From a virus, in IMG/VR virus record IMGVR_UViG_3300027917_000040, positions 8,944-72,943 of that record: a stretch of DNA of 64,000 bases; one strand, 5' to 3'. Shown here one piece after another: positions 1 through 12,400 of this stretch. Within the stretch, counting starts at the first letter, position 1; every line of letters starts with the position of its first letter. The translations under genes were made by a program, and so were the position numbers. A model generated the notes under the pieces. That model had not been told where the DNA came from. It did not search any database and worked only from the letters and a program-made list of their open reading frames with translations.

Positions 1-86
1 CTCGACAGGGTTCTGGGCAACACACGAAGTATGCAGCATCTAGCAGAAACAAAGCTCGCAAACGCTATCGTGGGCAGGGTAAATAA
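1..86 (+). CDS. 3' end of small basic hypothetical protein (partial)
   Basis: The frame from position 3 reads RQGSGQHTKYAASSRNKARKRYRGQGK* (TAA 84-86) and is followed by a terminator. The K/R-rich C-terminus resembles a small protein recalled from T4-like cyanophages. Confidence 0.75.
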   Translation, partial: RQGSGQHTKYAASSRNKARKRYRGQGK

Positions 87-102
87 ATAACTCTACAAAG
101 AT

Positions 103-128
103 CCGGGGAGTAATCCCCGGTTTTTTTT
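103..128 (+). terminator. Rho-independent terminator
   Basis: CCGGGGA-GTAA-TCCCCGG perfect 7-bp stem with a GNRA loop, followed by T8. Confidence 0.9.
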
Positions 129-130
129 GT

Positions 131-180
131 GTCTTATGAGATATTATGAGATCTTATGGAAACTTATGAGATATTATAAA
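131..180. repeat. 10-bp tandem repeat, about 5 imperfect copies (consensus ATCTTATGAG)
   Basis: gtcttatgag / atattatgag / atcttatgga / aacttatgag / atattataaa. Confidence 0.8.
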
Positions 181-231
181 ATACGCTTTTAACGCTACTC
201 TATGGAAAAAATCCGTTAAACTCTAAGTGCT

Positions 232-813
232 ATGAAAGAATGGGAAGATTTACACATTGATGACTTTTGGGTTTATAATAAACTGATTGTCGCCAAGAAA
301 AATGGATACATTTGTGGTCCTGTAGGAGTTCCTGTCCCAAGTCCTGGGTATTATATCGTCAGACCCATGGTAAACCTTCTTGGAATGGGCATAAACGCAC
401 GTATAGAGTGGATTGAATCTGACACTGAGCACTACCATCCTGCAGAATTTTGGTGTGAAGTCCTTTCAGGTGAGCACATTAGTGTCGATTTTTACAAAAA
501 AGACCCAAAATTAGTCGTCAGAGGAATAAGAGACCCTGATGATCCTCTATATAAATGGAAGAGGTGGGAAAAAATTGAGAAAAAAGTTGGATTTCCATCA
601 ATTTTAACAGAATTGAAAGGCAGTTATGACTGGATTAATTGTGAATTCATAGAAAATCGTTTAATTGAAGTGCATTTTAGGCAAAATCCTGACTTTAGGC
701 ATGGAAATAGCATTGCAATTCCAGTTTGGAAAGGTGATAGACCCCAAAAAATAGAAAATTATACCTTTGTTGAAGATAAAGACTACTTAAGAAGAGGATT
801 TTTTGTCGATTAA
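232..813 (+). CDS. hypothetical protein, possible ATP-grasp fold
   Basis: 193-aa ORF. YIVRP..NLLGMG, FWCEVLSGEHISVD and INCEFIENRLIEVHFR follow the order of ATP-grasp motifs. Confidence 0.6.
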   Translation: MKEWEDLHIDDFWVYNKLIVAKKNGYICGPVGVPVPSPGYYIVRPMVNLLGMGINARIEWIESDTEHYHPAEFWCEVLSGEHISVDFYKKDPKLVVRGIRDPDDPLYKWKRWEKIEKKVGFPSILTELKGSYDWINCEFIENRLIEVHFRQNPDFRHGNSIAIPVWKGDRPQKIENYTFVEDKDYLRRGFFVD

Positions 814-863
814 CGGGATAGAAACCCCGTAAAAAGTTCTGATTTTACAAAATCAGGAGAAAA
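813..863 (+). promoter_or_regulatory. two-hairpin leader that occludes the Shine-Dalgarno of the 864 ORF
   Basis: ACGGG(813-817)/CCCGT(826-830) stem. TTCTGATTTT-AC-AAAATCAGGA (837-858) inverted repeat covers AGGA of the AGGAG upstream of ATG 864. Confidence 0.5.
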
Positions 864-1148
864 ATGGCAAATTCACCAGTAGATCGTAATGTAAATATTA
901 TGAAAAATGAATTTGGCACGAACAAACTAGTAACAGACTATGGTTGGGAGGCAAAAATGGAAGCAAATCATGATTTTTTGGATAACTTGGCAAATCATCA
1001 GCATCAAATCCTTTTGAGAGAGCTAGATTATGAAAAAAATCGTAAAAATTTGGATAAATTCAAAAAAACTAACGATTTACATGAGAAAATTCGTAATGAT
1101 GAAGATTATGATGATTGGGAATATGGCACAGAGCCACTTTTTGGGTGA
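864..1148 (+). CDS. conserved cyanophage hypothetical protein
   Basis: 94-aa ORF with an AGGAG RBS and acidic C-terminus DEDYDDWEYGTEP, directly upstream of gp25. Confidence 0.75.
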   Translation: MANSPVDRNVNIMKNEFGTNKLVTDYGWEAKMEANHDFLDNLANHQHQILLRELDYEKNRKNLDKFKKTNDLHEKIRNDEDYDDWEYGTEPLFG

Positions 1149-1164
1149 ATATCTTAAAAGTTTA

Positions 1165-1171
1165 CTAAATA
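1165..1171 (+). promoter_or_regulatory. T4-type late promoter
   Basis: CTAAATA in the intergenic gap about 25 nt before the gp25 ATG. Confidence 0.65.
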
Positions 1172-1195
1172 ACGTAAGAATATCAGTATAGTTAA

Positions 1196-1597
1196 ATGCC
1201 GCTAGAGAGGATAAGTAAAAATTTTAAAGATATTAGTATGACCTTTAAATCAAGTCCTATTAATGGTGATATTTTGACTCTTAAAGACGCGGCGGCTATT
1301 GCAAGAGCTGTTAGGAACCTTGTTTCCACTTATCCGGGAGAAAGATTTTTTTCTCCCAATCTTGGAACTGATGTTCACCGAGTAACTTTTGAACAATTTG
1401 ACCTTATAACAGCAAATGAGATTAAATCTCAGATTGAATCGACTCTAGAAATTTATGAACCTAGAATAAAGGTAATTGAAGTTGATGTTGCAAATGATTA
1501 TGAAAATTTAGAGTTTAATGTAACCATAAGTTACCAAATAATTGGTCTTCAAGAAGAACCAATAACAGTATCATTTGCACTTCAGCCAAATCGATAA
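1196..1597 (+). CDS. gp25: baseplate wedge subunit gp25
   Basis: AIARAVRNLV.T.PGERFFSPNLG and YEPRI motifs of the GPW/gp25 family; precedes gp6. Confidence 0.92.
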   Translation: MPLERISKNFKDISMTFKSSPINGDILTLKDAAAIARAVRNLVSTYPGERFFSPNLGTDVHRVTFEQFDLITANEIKSQIESTLEIYEPRIKVIEVDVANDYENLEFNVTISYQIIGLQEEPITVSFALQPNR

Positions 1598-3493
1598 ATG
1601 GCATTAGTAAATTTTTCCAATTTAGACTTTGATCAGATAAAAACTTCGATTAAAGATTATTTAAGATCTAACTCAGAATTTACTGACTACGATTTTGAAG
1701 GATCTGCTTTATCCACAGTTATTGACATTCTTGCTTATAACACTTATATTAGTTCATACAATGCTAACATGGTTAGCAATGAAGTTTTTATTGACAGTGC
1801 AACTTTAAGAGAAAATATTGTTTCTTTGGCGAGAAATATTGGTTATGTACCAAGATCAAGAACTTGCTCTAGAGCAATCATCTCTTTTTCTGTGGATACA
1901 TCAAGTTTGGCTGAACGTCCAATTACTTTAAACCTTAAAAAGGGATTGTGTGCAACCGGAGGAGGTTATTCTTTTAACACTCTAGAAGATGTTTTAGTTC
2001 CTGTTATTAACAATACTGCAAATTTTAAAGAAATTGAAATAGTAGAAGGAACTCAAATTACACAAACGTTTACAGTAAATGCCAATAATCCAGAACAAAA
2101 ATTTATTTTGGATAATGAAAATATAGATACATCAACAATTAGAGTTACAGTAAGAGAGGGAGAAACTAGTACAGTAACTAGAAGATATAATGTAGCAGAT
2201 AGTTTATTCAATATAACAAAAAACTCTAAAGTATTTTTTATTCAAGAAATATCAGACCAAAGATATGAACTTATTTTTGGTGATGGTGTATTTGGTTCAA
2301 AATTAGAAAATCTTAGTATTGTAGAAGTAGATTACTGCATATCAAATGGACCAGATACTAATGGTGTTAATACATTTAATTATGCTGGTAGAACTTTTAC
2401 TAATAATGATGAAATTATCACATCTGGATTTTCTATCATTTCGACAAATTCATCATCTAGGAATGCAAAAGAAATAGAGAGTGTAAACTCAATTCGTAAA
2501 TATGCACCAAGAGTTTATGCTTCTCAATATAGAGCGGTAACTGCAACGGACTATGAATCATTAGTACCACAAATTTATGCAGAAACTGAGTCTTTGTCAG
2601 TTTTTGGAGGAGAGACTTTAGATCCTCCTCAATATGGGAAAGTTTTTATAACTATAAAGCCTTTAAACGGTCAGTTTATTCCAAATTCAGTAAAAACAAA
2701 TATTATAAATCAACTTCGCAGATATACTGTTGCTGGCATTGTTGTTGAAATTTTAGATCTTAAATATCTTTATGTTGAATTTATATCAAATGTATATTAC
2801 AATAGGTCAGAAGTTTCATCTACTTCCGGATTATTATCTGCTGTTGGAAATAGATTGAATACATATGCTAACTCTAGTGAACTCAATCAATATGGTGCTA
2901 GATTTAAATATAGCAAATTTTTAAATGTAATAGATACCTCAGATAGATCAATCACATCAAATGTAACCAGCATTGTAATTAGAAGAGATATTAGAGCAGC
3001 ATTAAATGAATTTGCCGGTTACGAGATCTGCTTTGGAAACCAATTTTTTATAGAATCTAAAGACGGATACAACTTAAAGTCATCTGGTTTTAAAGTTTCT
3101 GGAATTTCAAATACTGTTTATATTACGGATATACCAAATTCGGATTTAAAAAAAGGAAAATTAATATTATTTAAAATATCGGAAAGTAATAATGTAGTTA
3201 TTGTTAGAAAAAACGTAGGGGAAATTGATTATATTAAAGGTGAGATCCTTTTATATCCAATAAATATTATTCAAACCAGTAAAGTAGTTGACAGTGAAAA
3301 TCTTATAGAATTGTCTATAAGACCAAGATCCAATGATATTATCGCACTGCAAGATTTGTATTTACAACTTGATGTAGCTTCTTCAACAATTAATTTAATA
3401 CCAGATACAATTTCTTCTGGTTCTGATACTTCTGGGACCATATTCAAAACATCATCCAGTTATACCGATAACAGCAAGTTAATAAGAAATTAA
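1598..3493 (+). CDS. gp6: baseplate wedge subunit gp6
   Basis: LDFDQIK..FTDYDFEGS, IDSATLRENIVSLARNIGY, ELIFGDG and SQYRAVTATDY motifs. Confidence 0.95.
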   Translation: MALVNFSNLDFDQIKTSIKDYLRSNSEFTDYDFEGSALSTVIDILAYNTYISSYNANMVSNEVFIDSATLRENIVSLARNIGYVPRSRTCSRAIISFSVDTSSLAERPITLNLKKGLCATGGGYSFNTLEDVLVPVINNTANFKEIEIVEGTQITQTFTVNANNPEQKFILDNENIDTSTIRVTVREGETSTVTRRYNVADSLFNITKNSKVFFIQEISDQRYELIFGDGVFGSKLENLSIVEVDYCISNGPDTNGVNTFNYAGRTFTNNDEIITSGFSIISTNSSSRNAKEIESVNSIRKYAPRVYASQYRAVTATDYESLVPQIYAETESLSVFGGETLDPPQYGKVFITIKPLNGQFIPNSVKTNIINQLRRYTVAGIVVEILDLKYLYVEFISNVYYNRSEVSSTSGLLSAVGNRLNTYANSSELNQYGARFKYSKFLNVIDTSDRSITSNVTSIVIRRDIRAALNEFAGYEICFGNQFFIESKDGYNLKSSGFKVSGISNTVYITDIPNSDLKKGKLILFKISESNNVVIVRKNVGEIDYIKGEILLYPINIIQTSKVVDSENLIELSIRPRSNDIIALQDLYLQLDVASSTINLIPDTISSGSDTSGTIFKTSSSYTDNSKLIRN

Positions 3494-3494
3494 T

Positions 3495-6400
3495 ATGAAT
3501 AACTCTAATGTAAAAATCAGTTCTATTGTAGAATATCAATTACCTGAGTTTGTAAACGTTGAATACCCACTTCTTGCTGAATTTTTAAAAGAATATTATA
3601 GATCTACAGAAGTAACTTTTGGTTCTAATGATCTTCTATCAAATATTGCCAATTACATTAAGATTGATAATTTATCTGAAATAGTAGATACATTTTATCT
3701 TTATAATGATAAAACTTTTAATATAACTCGCATATTAAAAGATAGTACTACTATACTAGATGACCAAAGACTTGTAAAAATTACAACTTTGCAACCTCAT
3801 AATTTTGTAGACGGAGATCTAGTAGATATTATTTTAGATAATCCAGATATTGGATCGGGTTTAAACGACTTGATTGATAATGATTCAAATCTTTCATTTA
3901 AAGGATCAAGATTTAAGGTAACAATTGTAAATGAAACTGAATTTTTTCTGAACAATAGTGGATCTGGAATTAGCGATAGAAATATTGAAGATCCTCAAGG
4001 GCTATTGGGAAAAGTAACAAAAAGTGATATTAATTTTGATGATGATGAAATAGTAATTTACACTAAAGTTAATAGTAAAAAATCATTACCATTATTTTAT
4101 GGTTTAGTTAGTATTGATGATGAAATAATTCTCTATAAATCTATTGAACCCAATCCTTTTACCGTTGTTGTGGATGGTGAGACTTATCCTGCGTATAAGT
4201 TGCTGGATTGTAGTAGAGGATTTTCTGGAGTAACTTCTTTAGGAGAAGGTCTTCAAGATGAATTAATTTTTGAATCTACGGTTGCAAGTAGTCATTTAAA
4301 TAGATCTGAAGTTATAAATTTAAGTTCTATTTTTCTTAAGCAATTTCTAAAAAAGATAAAATATCAATATCTTCCTGGATTCGAGAATAGTGAATTAAAT
4401 GAAGAGTTAAATGAAAATATCTTTATTAAGCAATCTAGAGACTTTTATTCTTCAAAGGGAACTGACACTTCATTTAAAATTTTATTTGCAGCTTTATATG
4501 GTGAAGATGTAAATATTATAAAACCAAGAGATTATTTAATTGAACCATCTGATGCAAATTATAGAGTTGTAAAAGATCTAGTTGTTGAAGCTTTAGAAGG
4601 AAATCCAGAAGATCTTATCAATAGAACTTTATTTCAGGACTCTAACACTTTTATAAAAAGTGCAAAAGGAACAGTATCTTCAGTTGAAAGAATAGTAAGA
4701 AGTAATAAAGAATATTATGTTATAAGTATTGATGATGGATATGAAAGAGATATTAATTTTAGAGGAACATTATTTAATGATTTTTCAATACATCCCAAGA
4801 CACTATCAGTTCAATTCATAGAATCAGGTTCTACAGTAATTGATGTTGATAGTACTATAGGGTTTCCAGAGTCTGGTAACTTAGTTGTAAAAACTATTGA
4901 TCCATTCACAGATACTGAATTAACTTATAACATTTCTTATGAAAGTAAAACTTTAAATCAATTTTTACAGTGTAAAACTATTGGCGAAGTTGTTAAAAAT
5001 ATTGTAAATCCAATTTATAGTAATAGTGAAGTTTATTCTGATGCATATGCTTATGGATTTGTTGGGCAAAATTCTGATGAACTTGTTAGAGTTAGAATAT
5101 CCGGAGTTATTTCTGAATTTGAACAACAAGAAAAAACATTTTTGTATGAAGCTGGAAATAAAATTAGAATTAGATCTTTAGGATTAGAATCTACTTCTCT
5201 TAGAGATAATAAGTGGATATTCAATATACCCATTTCATATACAGTAAAAGAAGCTTTTCTAGAAGATTCTTTTAACTTGATATACAGAATTTCTTTTGAA
5301 GATGACATAGATTTTTACAAATATAATAATTTCATAGTAGAAGAAGATTCACAAGCTTTGGCTGAAATTACAGAAGTTGTATCAAATAAAACTGCATTAT
5401 TCAGGTTTAACAAAGTTATGGGGACTCCTCTTGTAAATTTTTCTGTACCTGAACTTATAAACAAAACTCTCACAAGAAAATATTCTAAAAGTTCTATATT
5501 AAACTATCCAGATTTAAACATTTACAATACAAATGTCCTTAACACTTACATAGATGAGGATAAGTCAACTATTGTAGCATCTGCATCTTTACCATCATAT
5601 GCAGGAAATCTTGAAATAAAAGATCGTTCTATTATTGGAAGATTATATTTTGGAAAAAAAACAACTACAGGTCAAGATAAAAATGATAAATTATTTTCAG
5701 ATGGAACTATAGATTATTCGTATTTTACAGTGTTTGCACCAAATGCTTCAGGTGTTGAAATTGCTGTAAAGCATGGATTTTACACTGGAGATGAAGTAGT
5801 TTTTAGATCTGTAGATCCAACTAATTCACCATTTCCCGATGGAGTTTACTATGTAAGAGATTTTAGATCTTTTGGAGATTTGTATGGATTACAATTATCC
5901 AGCAGTAAATCTAATATCTTAAATGAAAGATTTATTTTTCCACAAACATCAGAAAATTCTAATGTTCCATTAGTATCTTTTAATAATATTTCTGGAGTTT
6001 CTGAAGGATCTATACAGATTTATGATTTTTCAATAGTAGATTTTAATTCGGAAGATAATTTTCAACCTAAACTACTAGGACCACAAAATTTACTTAGAAA
6101 AATTTCCGATCCAATATTAGATTCTGTAAAATATGAGACAAATAGTGGTCCAGTTGGAATATTTGTTAATGGAACTGAGATTTTAAATTATAAATCTAAT
6201 GATACAATTTTCTTTGGTCCAATTGAATCTGTTGAAGTAATATCTCCTGGGTATGGTTATGATGTAATTAATCCCCCAGAGCTTTCTATTAGAGATTTTG
6301 GAGGAGCAAAATTAAAATATGATGCTAAAAGATCAACACCTCCATCATTTCAAGGAAAACAAATAAAATTTGGTGTTACTGATGATTTAGATCCAATTAC

Positions 6401-9400
6401 TTATGGTGGTACAGATGGGACACCAATTATAATAGGTGGAAAATCTTTAGTATTGGGAGAAGAACAACTTTTTGTCGGTCAAACCGATGGTAATTTTATA
6501 AGAATTAATAATTTAATTTTATCATTAGGTGGAGTTGGAGGAACTCCACTTTCGATTGGTGGAGAAGGGGGATTTGAAGCCAGAGTAGGGGCTGATAATG
6601 TTACTTTGGGTAATATTGGATCTGGGTGTGTAATTTATCCAACGGTTGTTGGTGAATTGGAGAAAATTGATATTTTATATCAAGGATTTAATTATAGGGG
6701 CATTCCGAATATTCAAATTACCGGAGGAAACGGAAAAAATGCCATAGTTGAACCTATAATGGAATCTTTTGAGTATTTTGCTGAATTTTTACCATCTTCA
6801 ACATTTATAGATACTCAAAACTATACTATTGGGTTTAGTACCTACCATAATTTTGAAAATTTTGAGGAAGTTGTCTATATTCCACCAAAAAATAATTCTC
6901 TTGGTGGTTTAGAAGCAAAAAGTAGATACTTTATTAATGTTGTAGACCAATTTACAGTAAAATTACACAAATCAAAAGAAGAATCGGTTTCTGGAATTTC
7001 TACTGTAAACATTACATCAACTTCAATTGGATTACACTCTTTAAAATCTGTAAAGAATAAATCAAAAATTGGATCTTTGAATGTGATTAATCCTGGAAAA
7101 GGATTTACAAATAGAAAAACAACAACTACACCCGAAAATGTAAATATTATTACTAATATAATAAAAGTTTTAAATCATGGATATTCTAGTGGAGAATTAA
7201 TAGTTCATACTAGTAGTGGAACACCAATAGGAGGAATCGAAGAAAATAAATCATATTATGTAACAAAAGTTGATGATAATAATTTTAAATTATCAAAAAT
7301 TGCAACAGAAGGCAATATTCAAAAAAGTTTCTTTTACGATACTAAACAATTTGTAAATCTTACTAGTACTGGTACTGGAACTCATTTCTTCAATTATGAA
7401 CCAATAATAGTTTCTATCAAAGGATTTATAGGAGTATCCACTTCTGGAAATCAAGATTTAAATGCAAAAATTAGACCTGTCTTTAGGGGATCTATTGAAT
7501 CTATATTTGTTTCAGAATCTGGAGATAAATATGGAACAAATGAGATATTAAATTATAGTCGTCAACCGGAAATTGTAAATGTTAAAGGAAACAATGCTGT
7601 TCTACTTCCACTTTTAAACGAAGAAGATGGATCAATTAGAGAAGTTGTTATTTTAAATCAAGGAAAAAATTATATTTCAACACCAGATTTAATTGTTAGA
7701 GGTGATGGAATAGGTGCAGTATTAACCCCTAATATTAAAGATGGTAAAATAATATCTGTAAATATAATTTATTCTGGAATAGGATATAATAAAAATAATA
7801 TCAGTATTGATATTGTTACAAGAGGAGAAGGTTTAAAAGTATTTTGCTCTATAAAAGATTGGAATGTAAATCTGCTAAAGAGATCTCAAGAAACTGGATT
7901 AGAAACTGATGATGCGGGATTTGTTTTTTCTGGATTAAATGAAAATTATGGATTGCAGTATACTCATATTCATTTACCAGATGATTTAAGAAAAATAGTA
8001 TATACGAAAGATTTAGCAACTGGAAACAATACGGTTGATTTCAATGCAGATAGAGATGTAATTAAAAAACACTCTCCTATTGTTGGGTGGGCTTACGACG
8101 GAAATCCAATATATGGTCCATATGGATATGGCAATGGAGAATCTGGATCAATAAGAGCAATGAAATCCAGTTATAGATTAAAACCTGGATTTGAACGTTC
8201 TAATGGACCTTCTTTCAATGTATATCCTAATGGATTTTTTGTAGAGGATTATATTTATGATGAAAGTATCGGTGGCGATCTTGATGAAAGTAATGGTAGA
8301 TACTGCATTACTCCAGACTATCCTAACGGCGTATATGCATATTTCTGTACTTTAGATACTAATTCTAGTTTAGAAGATGGTAAAGGATACTTACCCAAAT
8401 TTCCATTTGTAATTGGAAATACTTTCAAATCTAGACCAATTGCATTTAATTTTGATAAAAAATCAAATCAAAATGATATAAACATCAACTCACTTCAATG
8501 GTATAGAAACACAAGTCCATATAAATTAGTAAATAAAATTGGATCAGATTACAAATATCTTTTAATTCCAAATAAAATTAAAGATCCAATTAGTGAAGTA
8601 AAATTTGCTTCTTTTGGGGAGATTGAAACTGTTGATGTTATTGTTAGTGGAAATGACTACAAAGTTGGTGAAAAAATTAAATTTAAAAATGCAGATGTAA
8701 TAGGTCAAGATGCAACTGCCAACATATCAGCAATCGAAGGAAGGGAAATTAGAGAAGTTAGTATTGCTAGATCTACATTTACTAATGTAGAATTCACGAA
8801 GATTGATAATGGAACTGAACTAATTGGATTTACCGATAAACCACATAATTATACTTCTGGTGATATTGTTTCTATATCAACACCAATAGAAAGAATCGTA
8901 TTTAAAGATATTAATTTTAATAATAATAATTTGTTTTTAAATAAACCAGTTCCAGTTCGTGCTGAAACAGGGATAACAACTTATTTTGAGGTTTCTGGAA
9001 ATCTTTCATATCCAACTATTAGAGAAAATGACATTTATACGCTTCCATCTATTGGATCTAATGATCCCGAGCAAGTAAAGGTTTTAAACATTGATCAAAA
9101 AAACAAAGTAATAAGAGTACAAAGAGAATATAATAATGTTTCTTCCAGTTCCGGGATTGGAACTGGAGGTAGGTTAACTGAAAATTCTAGAAAATTTAGT
9201 TGTAATCTTGGTATTCAGACATACTATAATTATGGTATAAATTATCAAATTTATTTTGATTCTTCTCAAGTTGGTCTTGGAACCATATCAGGTCCAGGTA
9301 TAACCTCATCAGTTAATCTTCCATATAGAGATACAACATTTATACCAATAAAATCAATTTTCTTGCCGGAACATGGATTAATTACTAATGAAGAAATTGA

Positions 9401-12400
9401 ATATAGTACAGAAGAATCAGACCCTCGCATCAGATTTAGTGTAGATGGGAATATTACAAATGACATTTTACCTGAAAGAGTGTTCGTGGTAAAATTAAAT
9501 GACGATGTAATTGGATTATCCACTGTAAAAGTTGGTTTGGCTACAACTGGTAATAATTTTGAGTTTAGAAATATTGAAAATTTAAATGATAATAACGATC
9601 CCTTACTTTCATTTATAGAAGCTTCTGGAAATAACCATAAATTTAGTACATTAAGAAAAAATTTAATAAAAGCAAAAGTATCTCAAAATATAGTAAAAGT
9701 TTCTACATCTTCTACTCATGGACTTTCTACAAATGATATTATCACTATAGAAGTTCAACCAAAAAACACTAAAGAAGTTGTGGTTGAATATAATGACAAT
9801 TCTAGTCTTTTAGTTGTAAATCCAAGAACATTTTTACCATCCGATGTTGATATTGAATCTAATACATTTACAGTAGTAAATCATGATTACACAACTGGAG
9901 ATAAAGTTTTATATAAATCCGATTCTCCTATAGTTGGTTTATCTGACAATGAAATTTATTATGTTGTTGCTATTAATAGAAATGAGTTTGGATTAGCAAA
10001 TTCATTTTATGAATCTCAAAAAGAATTTCCAGAGTTTATTAGAATTACATCAGCAACACAGGGAACTTTTTATTCTATAAATCCAAAAATTAATGCGATT
10101 ATTGGTCAAACTATTAAATTTGATCTTTCCAGTGAAACTTTATCGTTTACTCAAGGTTCTTCTCCTGTTAGAATACCTGCATTTAGTTTTGATCTATTCT
10201 ATGATCTTAATTTTAATCACAAATATACATCTGCAAGTGATTCATCTTTCTTTGATGTAAATAAAATAGGTTCCATTGGTGTAGATGCTTCTGCTTCTTT
10301 AGAAGTAAAAATTAAAAATACGACTCCTTTGAATTTATATTATAAATTAACACCTTTAAATATTAGTGGAAACCCAACATCTAAATTAAAAATTTTTATA
10401 GATCAAGAACAACCAAATAATAATAAAATACAAATAGTAAAGAGTAAATATGACGGAACTTACTCTATATTTGGTCCTATAGATAGAAATTCTTCTCTTC
10501 CTCCATTTTTATACCCAGAATTTAAATATCAAATACCAACGAACCCAGAAGAAGAATCTTATGATTTAGATTCTGCTGTCATAAATTACACAACAACATC
10601 AAAAAATGCATTTGGTCCTATTTCTAAAGTAAAAATTGATAATAAAGGAAGATATTTCTATAGGTTACCATCAAAAACTGAAATTATTTCCTCATCAGGA
10701 ACGGGGGGTATAGTTAGTGCTAATAGTAAGAATATCGGTACAATTAAAACAGTAAATATTAGAGATATTGGATTTGATTATCCATCAGATTTGAGTTTAA
10801 GACCGATTGTAAAGTTACCGACAATTTATAAAGTTGAACCATTATATTCTATTGATAATATTTTAATTGTTAATAATGGTATTAATTATTTCCAATCTCC
10901 AAATATAGCAGTTGTTGATAGTAAAACGGGACAAGAGATTAAAGACATTTTATTAAGATACTCTCTTGGTGATAATTTTGTAACTATCTTGCAAAATACT
11001 AAAAATCTTTCTAACGTTGTTCCGAGGTTGGTCCCAATTAACAATACAAATGGAATACCTATACTATTAAATGCGGGAGAACCAATTATTTTAGATATTG
11101 CAAATAATTCAGATACTGCAGAAGTTATTGCTGCTACGGATAATGCAGAACTTGATGATGATGCAGAAGAAAACGAATTTTCATTACCAGATAGTCTTCC
11201 TTTTACTAATTTAACAACAATTCAAGTATTTTTAGCAACTGAATATAGTAGCATATTCGATTTTCCATTTGAACTTGGTGATCTTGTTTTAATTGAAGAT
11301 GTTGTGACAATTGAAGAAGTAAATGGTGGTACAAGTAAAGGATTTAACTCTTCATCATATAATTATTCTTTCTATAAAGTCGTCAGAAGAGATCCAAATA
11401 TTGGTGGTTCTGGTGGATCAATAACTTTAGATTTTTCTGGAAAAATAGCAGATGAAGATCTTTTAATTGCATCTGACAGCGATTCATATAAAGTTGATGT
11501 CATATTTTCTCAAGCTTCTAAAGTAGTACCAGTAAAATATTTCCCAACATACAAAGTAACATTGCTCAAAAATAATTTTATTATTGATGAGGAACTTATA
11601 AATGATACTGGAAAATCTCTTGGTATTGTTGAACAATGGGACAATCAAAACGACTATATAAAAATTTCAGAAAGATTGATATTTAATGAAGGTGATACAA
11701 TTATTGGCCAAACTTCAAAAACAAAAGCAAACTTACTTACTAAAATTGAATTTGATGCTGGATATAAAACCAATAGTAGTTCAACTGTAAATAAAGGATG
11801 GGAACTTGAAACTGGAAAATTAAATGAAGATTTGCAGAGGACTAATGACAGTGATTTTTATCAATATTTCTCATATGCATTAAAATCAAAAATACCCATT
11901 ACCAAGTGGGATGAAACTGTTGGATCATTAAACCACACTGCAGGATTCAAGAGATTTTCACAATTAGAAATTGAATCTTCTTCTAAAGATTTTTCTGGAA
12001 TAACCACATCCCAAAATGAAGGTGAAGTTTTTGGAATTAGTGATATCTCATCTGTAGTTAGTGTAAATTGTGTATATGATTTTGATTTGGTAAGAGAACT
12101 TAATTTTGGATCTAATCCCACTAAATCTAATGAATTAGTTTTTAATAGTAGAATATTACAAGATTATATTGAATCAGTATCTAATAGAGTTTTGAGTATT
12201 GATGATATTAGTAAAAACTTTAATCCAATACCTAGAGATACTACTTTTTCTATTGTGGCTAGGTCTGATAGTACCGAAATAAGATCTAGAAAGTTCTTCT
12301 TTTATGCTCAGGATAGAAGATTTGTAAATGATAAGCAAATGTCATTGTTTACAACTATTCATGATGATGTAAATGTTTATCATGGTCAGTATGGAAGACT

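Noticed and set aside
131-180. CRISPR-like array
   Set aside because: The units are 10-bp tandem repeats with no spacers, and there are no cas genes.
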